The notes under the pieces: model-generated
The model's input: the letters and a program-made list of their open reading frames with translations, nothing else
The model's database searches: none
Told to the model about the DNA's origin: nothing
Shown: positions 20,974-30,633 of the stretch, piece after piece
Layout: each line of letters begins with the position of its first letter
Numbering within the stretch: position 1 is the stretch's first letter
Assembly (NCBI GenBank): GCA_963769775.1
Contig: CAVYNC010000004.1
Coordinates: 95,134-159,133 of the forward strand
DNA length: 64,000 bases
Source of the DNA: an uncultured Acidimicrobiaceae bacterium
GTDB taxonomy: Bacteria > Actinomycetota > Acidimicrobiia > Acidimicrobiales > RAAP-2
Direction of reading: 5' to 3'
Made by a program: the position numbers and the translations under genes

Positions 20974-21495
20974 CGCGGCCCCGGCGCCTCTTTGAACTGG
21001 ACCGGCACCCGCCCGACCCCGTAGTCCTTGCGGAGCGGATGGCCCTCCCAGTCCTCGGGCAGGAGGATCCGGGTCATGTCGGGATGGCCGAGGAAGACGA
21101 TGCCGAAGAGGTCGAAGGCCTCGCGCTCCATGGCCTCGATGCCCGGATAGAGGTCGAACAGGGTGGACAGGACGGCATCGGTGGCGGGGACCTGCACCCG
21201 GAGGCGGACCCGGCGCACCTGGCTCAGGGAGAGCAGGTTGACGACCACCTCGAACCGCTCTGCGACCACGCCCTCGGGCAGGCGGCGGCCCGGATGGGCC
21301 AGGTAGTCGACCGCGCACAGGTCCGCGCACATCTCGAAGCCGTCGTCACGCAACTCCCGGGTGAGCGGGACGTACTGCTCGCGGGTCGGGAAGAGCACCT
21401 GCCGGAGGTTCCTGCCGAGGTGCCGGGTGATCCGCCGCCCGAGGTGCTCGCCGGCACGGTCCCCGCGATGGTGTCCCCGCCGTTGCCGTGGTCAC
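20970..21495 (-). pseudogene. nuoC: NADH-quinone oxidoreductase subunit C, N-terminal frame break(s) as assembled
   Basis: ORF 20970..21398 holds the core (AMEREAFDLFGIVFLGHPDMTRILLPEDWEGHPLRKDY). The in-frame upstream segment [18 protein letters not shown] has no start codon. GTG 21495 overlapping the nuoB stop is in a different frame. Confidence 0.85.
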
Positions 21496-22150
21496 AGGGG
21501 CTCACCGACGCTGCGGGCGATGATCGGGTTGCGCTTGGGGGTGCCCAGGTGGACGGCGTCGGGGCGATCCGGATTCCATCCGGTGGTGGCCTCTTCTGCA
21601 GCCGTCGGGCGTCGTCGGTGTCGGCTCCCTCGTCCGGGGCCAGGCCGTCGATGCCGGGACGATCGTCGTGGGTGGTTCCCCGGCGGGTGATGTCGTCGGT
21701 CCGGACCTTCTCGTGGAGGGTGAGGATGGCGTGCATGAGCGTCTCGGGGGTCGGGGGGCAGCCGGGCGCGTAGACGTCGACCGGGACGATCTGGTCGACG
21801 CCCTGCACGATGGCGTAGTTGTTGAACATCCCGCCGGTACTGGCGCAGACCCCCATCGAGAGGACCCACTTGGGCTCCATCATCTGGTCGTAGACCTGGC
21901 GGAGGACGGGTGCCATCTTCTGGGACACGCGGCCGGCCACGATCATCAGGTCGGCCTGGCGGGGGGAGGCCCGGAAGACCTCCATGCCGAACCGGGCCAG
22001 GTCGAAGTCGGCGGCGCCGACCGACATCATCTCGATGGCGCAGCAGGCGAGGCCGAAGGTGGCCGGCCACATCGAGTAGGTACGGGCCCACTTGACCAGG
22101 TCCTCGAGCCGGCCGGTCAGGAAGTTGTGCTGGAGGTCCTCGAGTCCCAT
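21492..22150 (-). pseudogene. nuoB: NADH-quinone oxidoreductase subunit B, one frameshift as assembled
   Basis: Starts [11 protein letters not shown] at ATG 22150. Contains [11 protein letters not shown] and [27 protein letters not shown]. The tail [28 protein letters not shown] lies in the frame of ORF 21492..22091. The join is near 21600. Confidence 0.9.
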
Positions 22151-22169
22151 TCGCTGATCCGCCCCCGGC

Positions 22170-22725
22170 TCAGGCGGCGCGGCCGGGGCCGGTGGGCGCG
22201 GTGACGGGGCGGTCGCGGCCGGAGTCCGGCTGGGTCGTCGGCGGTGCGCCCTCTTCCGGGCGGGGACGCCAATGGGCGAAGCTCCCCGCCCGGTCCACCC
22301 GGCCGGCTGCGATGCGGGCGATGGTCGAGGAGGTCCGCGACGGCATGGCACCGACCAGCCGCTTGGACGGGCCCCCAGCTGAGGGCCCCGTTGCCCACCA
22401 GGAACACGAAGGAGATGAAGACGACGGCGGCGAAGACCAGGACCTCGACCAGACCGAACGACCGGAGCTGGCGGAAGATCACGGCCCACGGGTAGAGGAA
22501 GACCACCTCGATGTCGAAGATGATGAAGATCATCGCCACCAGGTAGAACCGGACCGGGAACCGGGTGGGCGGGTCGATGCCCGGCACGATCCCGCACTCG
22601 TAGGGGGCGATCTTGGCCGCTGTCGGCCGCTTCTTGGGGGCCAGCAGGGCCGAGGCCACGAACGAGAGGGACGCGAAGAGGAACCCCAGGATGATGAGGA
22701 TCAGGATCGGCAGGTAGTCGGCCAC
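22170..22725 (-). pseudogene. nuoA: NADH-quinone oxidoreductase subunit A, one frameshift in the C-terminal tail as assembled
   Basis: [22 protein letters not shown]...APYECGIVP...[13 protein letters not shown], from GTG 22725 (alternative in-frame GTG at 22749). After GALSWGP the frame slips at a GGGGGCCC run near 22370. The corrected tail ends at TGA 22170-22172, 17 nt before the nuoB ATG. Confidence 0.85.
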
Positions 22726-22731
22726 AAGATC

Positions 22732-22745
22732 GTGATTTTTATCAC
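22732..22745. promoter_or_regulatory. Rex-operator-like palindrome GTGA-N6-TCAC immediately upstream of nuoA
   Basis: CGTGATTTTTATCACG (22731-22746) is a perfect 6-4-6 inverted repeat and an AT-rich island in GC-rich DNA, 6 nt upstream of GTG 22725. The core matches the TGTGA-N6-TCACA Rex box. Confidence 0.35.
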
Positions 22746-22856
22746 GCACCCTTCCGGGAGGCACATCGCGAGCCCCTGTCGGCGGGCGGCAACTCCAGCT
22801 CTGCGAGAGGTGCGCCGACGTGCCCGGACGGGCGCCCCCACCCCTACCATTGGGAC

Positions 22857-24167
22857 GTGAGCTCCCCGCTGCCTCCTCCCGCCGCACGGCCACGTCCACG
22901 ACGTCCTGGTCGTCGGCGGCGGACCCTCCGGCTCGTCGTGCGCCTACTGGCTGGCCGAGGCCGGCTGGGACGTGGCCCTGGTGGAGAAGAAGGAATTCCC
23001 CCGAGCAAGACCTGCGGCGACGGCCTGACCCCGCGCTCGGTCCGCCAGATCGCCGACATGGGCATCGAGGGGTCGCTGGCCGGCGCCCACCGCTACACCG
23101 GCCTGCGGGCCCACGGCTTCGGCAGGGTGCTCGACCTGCCCTGGCCCGAGCACCCGTCGTTCCCCTCCTACGGCTACGTCATCACCCGCCACGACCTCGA
23201 CGCGACTGGTCGACGACCGGGCGGCCAAGGCCGGTGCCACCGTCTGGCAGGGCTACCGAGGCGATCGAGCCGATCCTCGCCGACCGGCCGGCGGGCGACG
23301 AGACCGCCGCCGGCGCCGGGACTTCCCTCCTGCGTGGGGGCCGTGGTCGAGGAGAAGGCCACCGGAACAACCCGCGAGGTCCGGGCCCGCTACGTGGTGG
23401 TGGCCGACGGCGCCAACTCGCGGTTCGGGCGGGCCCTCGGGACCCGGCCGGGACCGCGCCCAACCGATGGGCATGGCCCTACGCGGCTACTACACGTCTC
23501 CGGGTCACGACCAGCCGTTCATCGAGTCCCACCTCGACATCCGCGACGGCGAGGGCAAGGTGGTCCCCGGGTACGGCTGGATCTTCCCGCTCGGGGACGG
23601 ACGGGTCAACGTGGGCGTCGGCCTGCTCTCGACCGACCGCCGGTGGAAGGGCGTCAACACCGCGACCCTGATGGAGCACTTCGTGGCCGGGGCGCCGGAG
23701 GAGTGGGAGCTCTCCCCCGCGACCTGTCTCGGCCCACCCACCGGTGGCAAGCTGCCGATGGGGCTGGCCGTCGGCCCGCTGGTCGGCGCGACCACCCTGG
23801 TGGTGGGCGACGCCGCCGGCTCCATCAACCCGTTCAACGGCGAGGGGATCGCCTACGGCTACGAGACCGGGCGGCTGGCCGCCGCATCGCTCGGCGAGGC
23901 CCTGTCCGGCGACGGGTCCGCGGCCCTCCTGCGCTACGAGGACCGCCTCGAGGACGCCTACGGCCTCTACTACCGGGTGGCCCGGGCCTTCATCCGGGTC
24001 ATCGCCAACCCGAGCTGATGCGGCTGTGCGTGGGGACCGGCATGCACTCCGAGACGCTCATGGGCTGGATCCTGCGGATCATGGCCAACTCTCTCCGCCC
24101 GGACGAGACCGGTCCGGCCGAGGCCGCCTACCGGGCCCTGGCCCGCATCGCCCGAGTCGCGCCCTGA
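22857..24167 (+). pseudogene. geranylgeranyl reductase family FAD-dependent oxidoreductase (MenJ-like), about six frame breaks as assembled
   Basis: Pieces lie in three frames: HVHDVLVVGGGPSGSSCAYWLAEAGWDVALVEKKEFPR, KTCGDGLTPRSVRQIADMG, YVVVADGANSRFGRALG, and ORF 23467..24018 (GYGWIFPLGDGRVNVGVG, VVGDAAGSINPFNGEGI). The tail is ELMRLCVGTGMHSE...RIARVAP. Confidence 0.85.
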
Positions 24168-24218
24168 GTCCTGCGCGGCCGGAACCTCGGGCGCACCCGA
24201 TCTGGTCCCGGGAACGGC

Positions 24219-26353
24219 CTATCTGGTCGCGGCGGCCACCCGGTTGGCCATCGCCTGGTAGGCCGGCGTGAAGACGCTCGGCGGGATCGGGGCGCCGGCG
24301 GTGACCGGTTGGAGTCGGCTGAGCACCCGGCCGCCGAACATGTAGGCGTCTCCGACCACCTCGGTTCCCTGCGACGGCGAGGCGATGGTCGTCACCACCC
24401 CGAATGAGGTCACTCCGGGTGGTGCGCCGAGGGTCACCGGTTGGACCTGCACAGTGGATCCGGGGACGGCGGCCGCGGCGAGTGCACTCTGGTACTGGCC
24501 GAAGCAGGCGACGAAGTTGTTCCCGGCCAGGATCCCGCCGATCCCGCTGATCTGGGAAGCCGACGCGACCGTGGTGGTCCGTGAGGCCATCTGGAACGAC
24601 GGACCGACCGCGCTCTGAAATGCCGGCGAGTCCACGGTCGCGGTCTGCCCGGGGAGCTGACCGGTGCCGAAGAGACCCGACACCGTGGCGATGCCCGTGC
24701 CGAGGCAGCTGGCGAACGTTCGCACGGCCGCGGCCTGGGCGGTCGGTGGGGCGCTCTCCATGCGGGTCACCGCCGGGACGGGGGCGCGTGTCCACCCCGC
24801 GGGCAGGTCGGTGAGCCTGAGGTTGATCGTCGCGGCGAGCGCCGCGTCGGCAGCCGCCGGAGCGGGCACCACCGGGGCGACGGTCGGGGGGGTAGTCGTC
24901 GTGGGGTTGCTCTTCCTGGTCAGGAGATAGCCGATCCCCCCGAGGACGACCACGATGAGCACGACGAGAGCCACCGTAACCAACGTCCGGTTCGGACCCG
25001 ATTTCGCTGCCTCCACCGTGTCGCCGTCCCGGACCTCCGGACCGAACGGCTTGTCTCCGCCGAACCACTCCCCTCCGATCGCCTCCTCGCCCGTGAGGTC
25101 GGGGGATCGTCCCGTGGAGGAACCGGGCTCGGTGGTCGCGGGCAGGACGCCACCCGGTGGGGCGACGACAGGATCCGACGGCGCGGGCGCGTCCACACCG
25201 GCAGCGCCGATCAATGCTCCGGCGGCGGCCGCTGCGGCCACGTCCGCCTGTTCGGCGCTCCTCTTGCGACGGGTCTTGGCCTTGGCGGCTTTGGCGGGCT
25301 TGGCCGCGTCGGGCGGAGCTACCGGGACTGCTGCGCCGAACCCGGTGAGCGGATCGACCGGGGGTGGTGGCAGCTCGACGCCGAGTGGTACCGGGTCCGC
25401 CGGGGCGGTGTCCGGGGGCAGGTTGCCGGTGACGACCGGGTCCTTGGGCTTGCGGCGGGCAAACGGGCGCCGGGACTTCTTGACCGGGGCGGGAGGCGGC
25501 GCCTCGAACGGCGAGGTCTCGTCCTGGGGCAGCCCGTCCCACGGCGAGGTCTCGTCCCGGGGCAGCCCGTCCGACGGCGAGCCCGCCGCCGGGGTATCCG
25601 GGCCCGGGGTTGCGGACCGACCGCCGGCGGAGGAACCCGTGGCCTCAGCGATCGGTGGTGGTGGCGGCGGTGGTGGCGGCGGCGGTGGGTGGTGGGGGCG
25701 GCGGAGCGCTCTCGGTGTCGACCGGTCCGGGTGCGGCTCGGCCGGTCGAGGCTGCCGCCTTCGCTCCGTTCGTGCCGTGAGGTCCGCCGGTCCCGTACCC
25801 GTTGGCGGCGTGCCCGGCGGCGCTGCCCGCGTGTAGCGGTCTCCGCGGTGGGGGCAGGAGCCGGAGCGGCGGACGGCATCGGCGATCTGGCCTGGGTGAC
25901 CGATTCAGGGGGCGGTGGGGGCGGTGGCGGTGGCGCGGATGTGGGGTTGTCCGCCATCCGGAGGATCTGCGCTCCGACCGGGACGGCGGCGGCTCCCCTG
26001 TAGCGGGAGAGCCACGCAGGCAGTGCCTGGTCGAGATACGCCGCCTGGCCGGGCGAAACCGTGTCGGTGGGAAGCAGGAACCGGATCGCCTGACCGCCTG
26101 AGGTGAGCTCCAAGATGGCTGCATGCCGTCCGTCTGCGAGCACCAGCTTCTCCTGGCACGTGGCGGAGTCGAGTGCGGACCAGATCAGGAGACGCTCGAT
26201 CTGGGGCTGTGGACCCTGGACGGTGATCCCCGCAGTGGTGAAGAGGAGGTTCAGTCCCTCGGTCGTCCTGGTGCCCCGGTCCGTGTCGCCGGCCAGCGCC
26301 ACGCCGCCGAGCTGCATTCCCTCAGGTGGCAGTTCCGTGATTCCGAGGGTCAT
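24219..26353 (-). pseudogene. hypothetical proline-rich single-pass membrane protein (~710 aa if two frame joins are accepted)
   Basis: ATG 26353 has a GAAGGAG RBS. The N-terminal ~140-aa globular part is MTLGITELPPEG...LPAWLSRYRG. It is followed by poly-Pro tracts, a DGLPxDETSPW/F repeat, a KAAKAKTRRKR stretch, a TM helix (LVTVALVVLIVVVLGGIGYLL) and a ~230-aa C-terminal domain (ORF 24219..25241). Joins are inferred near 25835 and 25680. Confidence 0.45.
25511..25576. repeat. 33-bp tandem duplication (31/33 identical) inside the proline-rich gene
   Basis: gcgaggtctcgtcctggggcagcccgtcccacg / gcgaggtctcgtcccggggcagcccgtccgacg, followed by a partial third unit. Confidence 0.9.
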
Positions 26354-26595
26354 GCTCGACTCCTTCGTGGCTGGTGGCAGGTGCCGGCGGTCGTCGATGC
26401 CTGGGTACATCCTGTCGCCAAGCATCGTGCCCGATCAAGGGGTGCCGGGAACGGCGTGTGCAACCGGTTGGGCACCTGCACGGCTCTCATACTTGCGCAT
26501 CGATCGGCCGCATGGGAGGACCGTCCACCGTACCGGATCCCCACGGGACCCGCGCCAAGGCTCTGCGATGGCGGTCGCGCCGGGACAGACCGGAC

Positions 26596-27975
26596 TCAGC
26601 GGGCGAGGACGTCGTCAACCGCCTCCGAGGCGACCGCGAGCGCGGTGTCGAGCACCTGGTCATCGTGGGCGAGGGAGGGGAAGAGCACCTCGTAGGGCCC
26701 AGGGGCGAGCGCGACGCCCCGGTCGAGCATCGCCCGGAAGAAGCGTGCATAGAGGCCGGTCGCTGCGGAGGCGGCGGCTCCGTCTTGGTCCCGGACGGCG
26801 GCAACGCCGTCGGGGACGAAGAAGATACCGAGAAGCGGACCGACCACCGGAACCCGGGCGGCGAGCCGGTTCCCCTCGGAGTCGGTCACCCCGGCCCGGG
26901 CGAGGGCTCCGTCGAGCACCCCTTCGAGGGCGCTGCCGAACCGGCTCACCCGGTCGGAGAGCTCGGCGTAGGAAAGGGGACCGAGCTCGCGAAGAACGGC
27001 CAAACCGGCTGCGGTGGCGAGCGGGTTCCCCGAGAGCGTGCCCGCCTGGTAGACGGGACCACCCGGGGCCAGTGCGGCGAGGAGGTCGGACCGTCCCCCG
27101 AATGCGCCCACCGGCAGCCCGCCGCCCATGACCTTGCCGAAGCACCACAGGTCGGGCCGGACGCCCGACCAGGCGGTGGCGCCGCCCTCTCCCAGCCGGA
27201 ACCCGGTGATCACCTCGTCGAAGACGAGCAGGGCACCGGCCTCGTCGCAGGCGGCACGCAGTCCCTCGAGGAACCCGGCGACCGGCGGGACGAGTCCCAT
27301 GTTCGCGGCGACCGCCTCGACGATGACACAGGCGACCCGCTCGTCGAGCTCGGGGACGACGTTGTAGGGGACCACGACCGTGTCGGCGACCGCGGCGGCC
27401 GGGACCCCCGCCGAATCGGGCAGGCCGAGCGTGGCCACCCCGCTCCCCCCGCCGGCCAACAGGCCGTCCGAGTGGCCGTGGTAGCACCCGGCGAACTTCA
27501 CGATCCGGGCGCGCCCGGTGGATCCGCGGGCGACCCGTACGGCGCTCATGGCGGCTTCGGTCCCCGAGGAGACCAACCGCACCTGCTCACAGCCGGGGAC
27601 CCGGGAGCAGATCGCCTCGGACAGCAGGACCTCACCCTCGGTCGGTGCTCCGAAGGTCGTTCCCGCCGCGGCGGCGTCGCTGACCGCGGAGACCACCGCC
27701 GGGTGGGCGTGCCCGAGAATGGACGCGCCGTAGGACTGGACGAAGTCGAGGAGCCTGTTGCCGTCGACGTCCCACACGTAGGCGCCCTCCCCACGGGCGA
27801 CGAAGTAGGGATGGCCGCCGACCGAGCGGAACGACCGGACCGGCGAGTTGACGCCACCGGGGATGACCCGGAGCGCCCGCTCGAAGAGCGCCTCCGACGC
27901 GGCGTGCCCGTCCCCGCGCCCGCGGGGAGACTGCACACCCGCGGGCCCCGGGACGGTGGAACCCCGTTCAGCCAC
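26596..27975 (-). CDS. hemL: glutamate-1-semialdehyde 2,1-aminomutase
   Basis: Intact 459-aa ORF with ALRVIPGGVNSPVRSFRSVGG, SGTEAAMSAVRVARG and FDEVITGFR. Confidence 0.95.
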   Translation of the reverse strand: MAERGSTVPGPAGVQSPRGRGDGHAASEALFERALRVIPGGVNSPVRSFRSVGGHPYFVARGEGAYVWDVDGNRLLDFVQSYGASILGHAHPAVVSAVSDAAAAGTTFGAPTEGEVLLSEAICSRVPGCEQVRLVSSGTEAAMSAVRVARGSTGRARIVKFAGCYHGHSDGLLAGGGSGVATLGLPDSAGVPAAAVADTVVVPYNVVPELDERVACVIVEAVAANMGLVPPVAGFLEGLRAACDEAGALLVFDEVITGFRLGEGGATAWSGVRPDLWCFGKVMGGGLPVGAFGGRSDLLAALAPGGPVYQAGTLSGNPLATAAGLAVLRELGPLSYAELSDRVSRFGSALEGVLDGALARAGVTDSEGNRLAARVPVVGPLLGIFFVPDGVAAVRDQDGAAASAATGLYARFFRAMLDRGVALAPGPYEVLFPSLAHDDQVLDTALAVASEAVDDVLAR

Positions 27976-29005
27976 CGAGCATCTCGGCGAGGTCGCCGGC
28001 GAAATAGGTGAGCACGAAGTCGGCGCCGGCCCGCTTGACAGCGGTGATCTGCTCGAGGGCCACCGCGGGGCCGTCGATCCAGCCGCGCTGCGCGGCCGCC
28101 TTGACCATGGCGTACTCGCCGCTCACGTGGAACCCGGCAACGGGCACGTCGACGGCAGCCCGGACGTCGGCGAGGACGTCGAGGTAGGTGAGCGCGGGTT
28201 TGACCATGACCATGTCGGCCCCCTCCGCCACGTCGAGGAGGACCTCTGCAAGAGCCTCCCGCCGGTTGCGCGGGTCCTGCTGGTAGCCGCGGCGGTCACC
28301 CCCGTCGGCGATGGTCACGTCCGCCGCCTCACGGAAGGGGCCGTAGAGAGCGGACGCATACTTGGCCGCGTAGGCCAGCACGGCTGTCTGGGTGTGACCT
28401 GCGCCGTCCAACCCGGCCCGGATGGCGGCCACCTGTCCGTCCATCATCCCGCTCGGAGCGACCACGTCTGCCCCTGCGGCGGCCTGGACGACGGCCAGCT
28501 CGGCGTAGATGGAGACGGTGGCGTCGTTGTCGACCGCGCCGGTGGCCGGGTCGACCACCCCGCAGTGTCCGTGGTCGGTGAACTCGTCGAGGCAACAGTC
28601 GGCGATGACCACCATGCGGTCCCCGATAGCGTCACGAACCGCACCGATGGCTCTCCCGGTGATGCCGTCGGGCCGCAGGGCGGCGGAGCCGGTCGCATCC
28701 TTGTCCTCCGGCCGGGGCAGCGGGAAGAGGATCACGCCGGGCACGCCCAGCGAGACCAGCCGTTCGACCTCGGTCACCACGGAACGCGCGGTGTGCTGGC
28801 TGACCCCGGGTAGGGAGGGCACCGGGCGGGGGTCGTCGATGCCGTCGGCGACGAAGAGGGGAGCGACCAGGTCGTCGGTCGAGAGCCCGGTCTCGGCGAC
28901 GAGGCGGCGCAGCGCGGCGGTCCGCCGCAGGCGACGCAGGCGGCGCACCGGGAACCCCTGCACCGGCGCGCCGGACCCGCCGGCTGGGGAACGGTCGGTG
29001 GCCAC
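27968..29005 (-). CDS. hemB: porphobilinogen synthase (delta-aminolevulinate dehydratase)
   Basis: ORF 27968..29086 contains FPVRRLRRLRR, DEFTDHGHCG, PSGMMDGQV, YASALYGPFR and MVKPALTYLD. The GTG 29005 start is preferred over 29086 because it avoids overlap with hemD. Confidence 0.9.
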   Translation of the reverse strand: MATDRSPAGGSGAPVQGFPVRRLRRLRRTAALRRLVAETGLSTDDLVAPLFVADGIDDPRPVPSLPGVSQHTARSVVTEVERLVSLGVPGVILFPLPRPEDKDATGSAALRPDGITGRAIGAVRDAIGDRMVVIADCCLDEFTDHGHCGVVDPATGAVDNDATVSIYAELAVVQAAAGADVVAPSGMMDGQVAAIRAGLDGAGHTQTAVLAYAAKYASALYGPFREAADVTIADGGDRRGYQQDPRNRREALAEVLLDVAEGADMVMVKPALTYLDVLADVRAAVDVPVAGFHVSGEYAMVKAAAQRGWIDGPAVALEQITAVKRAGADFVLTYFAGDLAEMLGG

Positions 29006-29033
29006 GGATCTCCAGCCTACGGGAGGACGGTGC

Positions 29034-29906
29034 TCACGCCGTCGGGAGCGACCCCTGGCCGGGTACCTCGGTCGGGACGGCCGCACGGGGAGCGAGCGCC
29101 GCTACCAGTGCGTCGACGAGTCCGCCGAGGGTGTGTTCCCCCGCCTCGGCCGATACCCGGAGCCCGGCCGAGCGCGCCGCCCGGGAGGTCACCGGACCGA
29201 TGGTGGCGACGACCGGTGGGATCCCGGACGCGCCGAGCAGCGCGACCGCGTGCTCGACCGTGGACGGTGAGGTGAAGGCCACCGCGTCGGCGACCGTCGC
29301 CGCCTCCAGCGCGGCGGCGTCCACCGTGCCGGCGACGGTCGTGCCGGCGACGGTCCGGTAGGCGACCGCCTCGTCGACGCGCCATCCTTTGGCGGTGAGG
29401 CCGGGCGCGACGACGTCCCGCACCGTCTCCGCCCGTACGTAGAGGACCGCCCCGTCGGCTGTCTCCCGACCTCGGGACACAGCGGACGGGCCGGTTTGCG
29501 GGAACGCCTCGACCAGCGCCTCGGAGACCGCCACCTCCGGTACGAGGTCGGGGGCCACGCCCGCGTCCCTGAGGGCTCTCGCTGTCGAGGGCCCGACTGC
29601 CGCCCAACGGAGCGACCCCGGCAGGACCCGACCCCGGAGGGCGCCGAACAGGCGGGTCACTGCGTTTGCAGAGGTCACCACGACCCACTCGTAGCGGCCG
29701 GCCGACATCCCGTCGGCGGCTGTGGCCAGCGCCGCGCCCCCGTCGGCGGGGTCGTCGATGGCGATCACCGGGAGCCCGACCACCTCGGCCCCGAGATCAT
29801 CGAGGGCGCGCGCCAGATCGGCGGCCTGCTCCCGGGATCGGGTGACCACCACCCGCCGGCCGGCCAGCGGACGGGAGGTCCGAGGGACGTTCCGGTCCTG
29901 ACCCAT
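29034..29906 (-). CDS. hemD: uroporphyrinogen-III synthase
   Basis: 290-aa ORF with LAGRRVVVTRSREQA...WVVVTSANAV...AVGPSTARAL, lying between cobA and hemB. Confidence 0.85.
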   Translation of the reverse strand: MGQDRNVPRTSRPLAGRRVVVTRSREQAADLARALDDLGAEVVGLPVIAIDDPADGGAALATAADGMSAGRYEWVVVTSANAVTRLFGALRGRVLPGSLRWAAVGPSTARALRDAGVAPDLVPEVAVSEALVEAFPQTGPSAVSRGRETADGAVLYVRAETVRDVVAPGLTAKGWRVDEAVAYRTVAGTTVAGTVDAAALEAATVADAVAFTSPSTVEHAVALLGASGIPPVVATIGPVTSRAARSAGLRVSAEAGEHTLGGLVDALVAALAPRAAVPTEVPGQGSLPTA

Positions 29907-29907
29907 C

Positions 29908-30633
29908 TCAGGCGCGGTCCGGTCCGGGCCGGTCGAGTTCGAGGGCGGCCACAGGACCGACCACGATGACGGACGGCGCAGGGAGGTCGACGGCAGGCAG
30001 GCCCTCGAGGGTGGTACGCACGACCTGCTGGTGCTCGGTGGTCCCCCAGTGGACGACCGCCACCGGCGTGGACGCCGGTCGCCCGGCGGCCATCAAGCGG
30101 TCGGCGATGGCGGCGCGCTCCGCCATCCCCATCAGGACCACCAGGGTGCCCTCGAATCGCCCGAGCGTCTCCCAGTCCGCGCCCGGAAGTGACGGGTCGA
30201 CCACGTGCCCGGTGACAACTGTCACCGAAGTCGAGACGGTCCGGTGGGTGACCGGGATTCCGGCGGCGGCGGGTGCGGCGAATGCGGAGCTCACCCCGGG
30301 CACGATCTCCACGTCAACGCCTGCCCGCAGCAGCGCCTCGGCCTCCTCGCCGCCCCGACCGAAGACGAAGGGGTCGCCACCCTTGAGGCGCACCACCCGT
30401 CGGCCCGAACGTCCGTGCCGGATCAGCAGGTCGTTGATCCCGGCCTGGCGGTCCGACTCGCCGGGAACCTTGCCGACGTCGATGAGCTCGGCAGACTCGG
30501 GCGCCAGCTCGAGGAGCTCGTGTGCCACGAGCCGGTCGTAGATCACGACCTCCGACGCGGCCAGCAGCTCGGCTCCGCGTCGGGTGAGAAGGCCGGGGTC
30601 CCCGGGGCCAGCGCCGACCAGGGCGACCGTCAC
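29908..30633 (-). CDS. cobA: uroporphyrinogen-III C-methyltransferase
   Basis: C-terminal 241 aa of ORF 29908..31053, from GTG 30633 (GTGA overlap with the hemC stop). Contains VALVGAGPGDPGLLT, RLKGGDPFVFGRGGEE and VPGVSSAFAAPAAAGIPVTHR. Confidence 0.9.
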   Translation of the reverse strand: MTVALVGAGPGDPGLLTRRGAELLAASEVVIYDRLVAHELLELAPESAELIDVGKVPGESDRQAGINDLLIRHGRSGRRVVRLKGGDPFVFGRGGEEAEALLRAGVDVEIVPGVSSAFAAPAAAGIPVTHRTVSTSVTVVTGHVVDPSLPGADWETLGRFEGTLVVLMGMAERAAIADRLMAAGRPASTPVAVVHWGTTEHQQVVRTTLEGLPAVDLPAPSVIVVGPVAALELDRPGPDRA

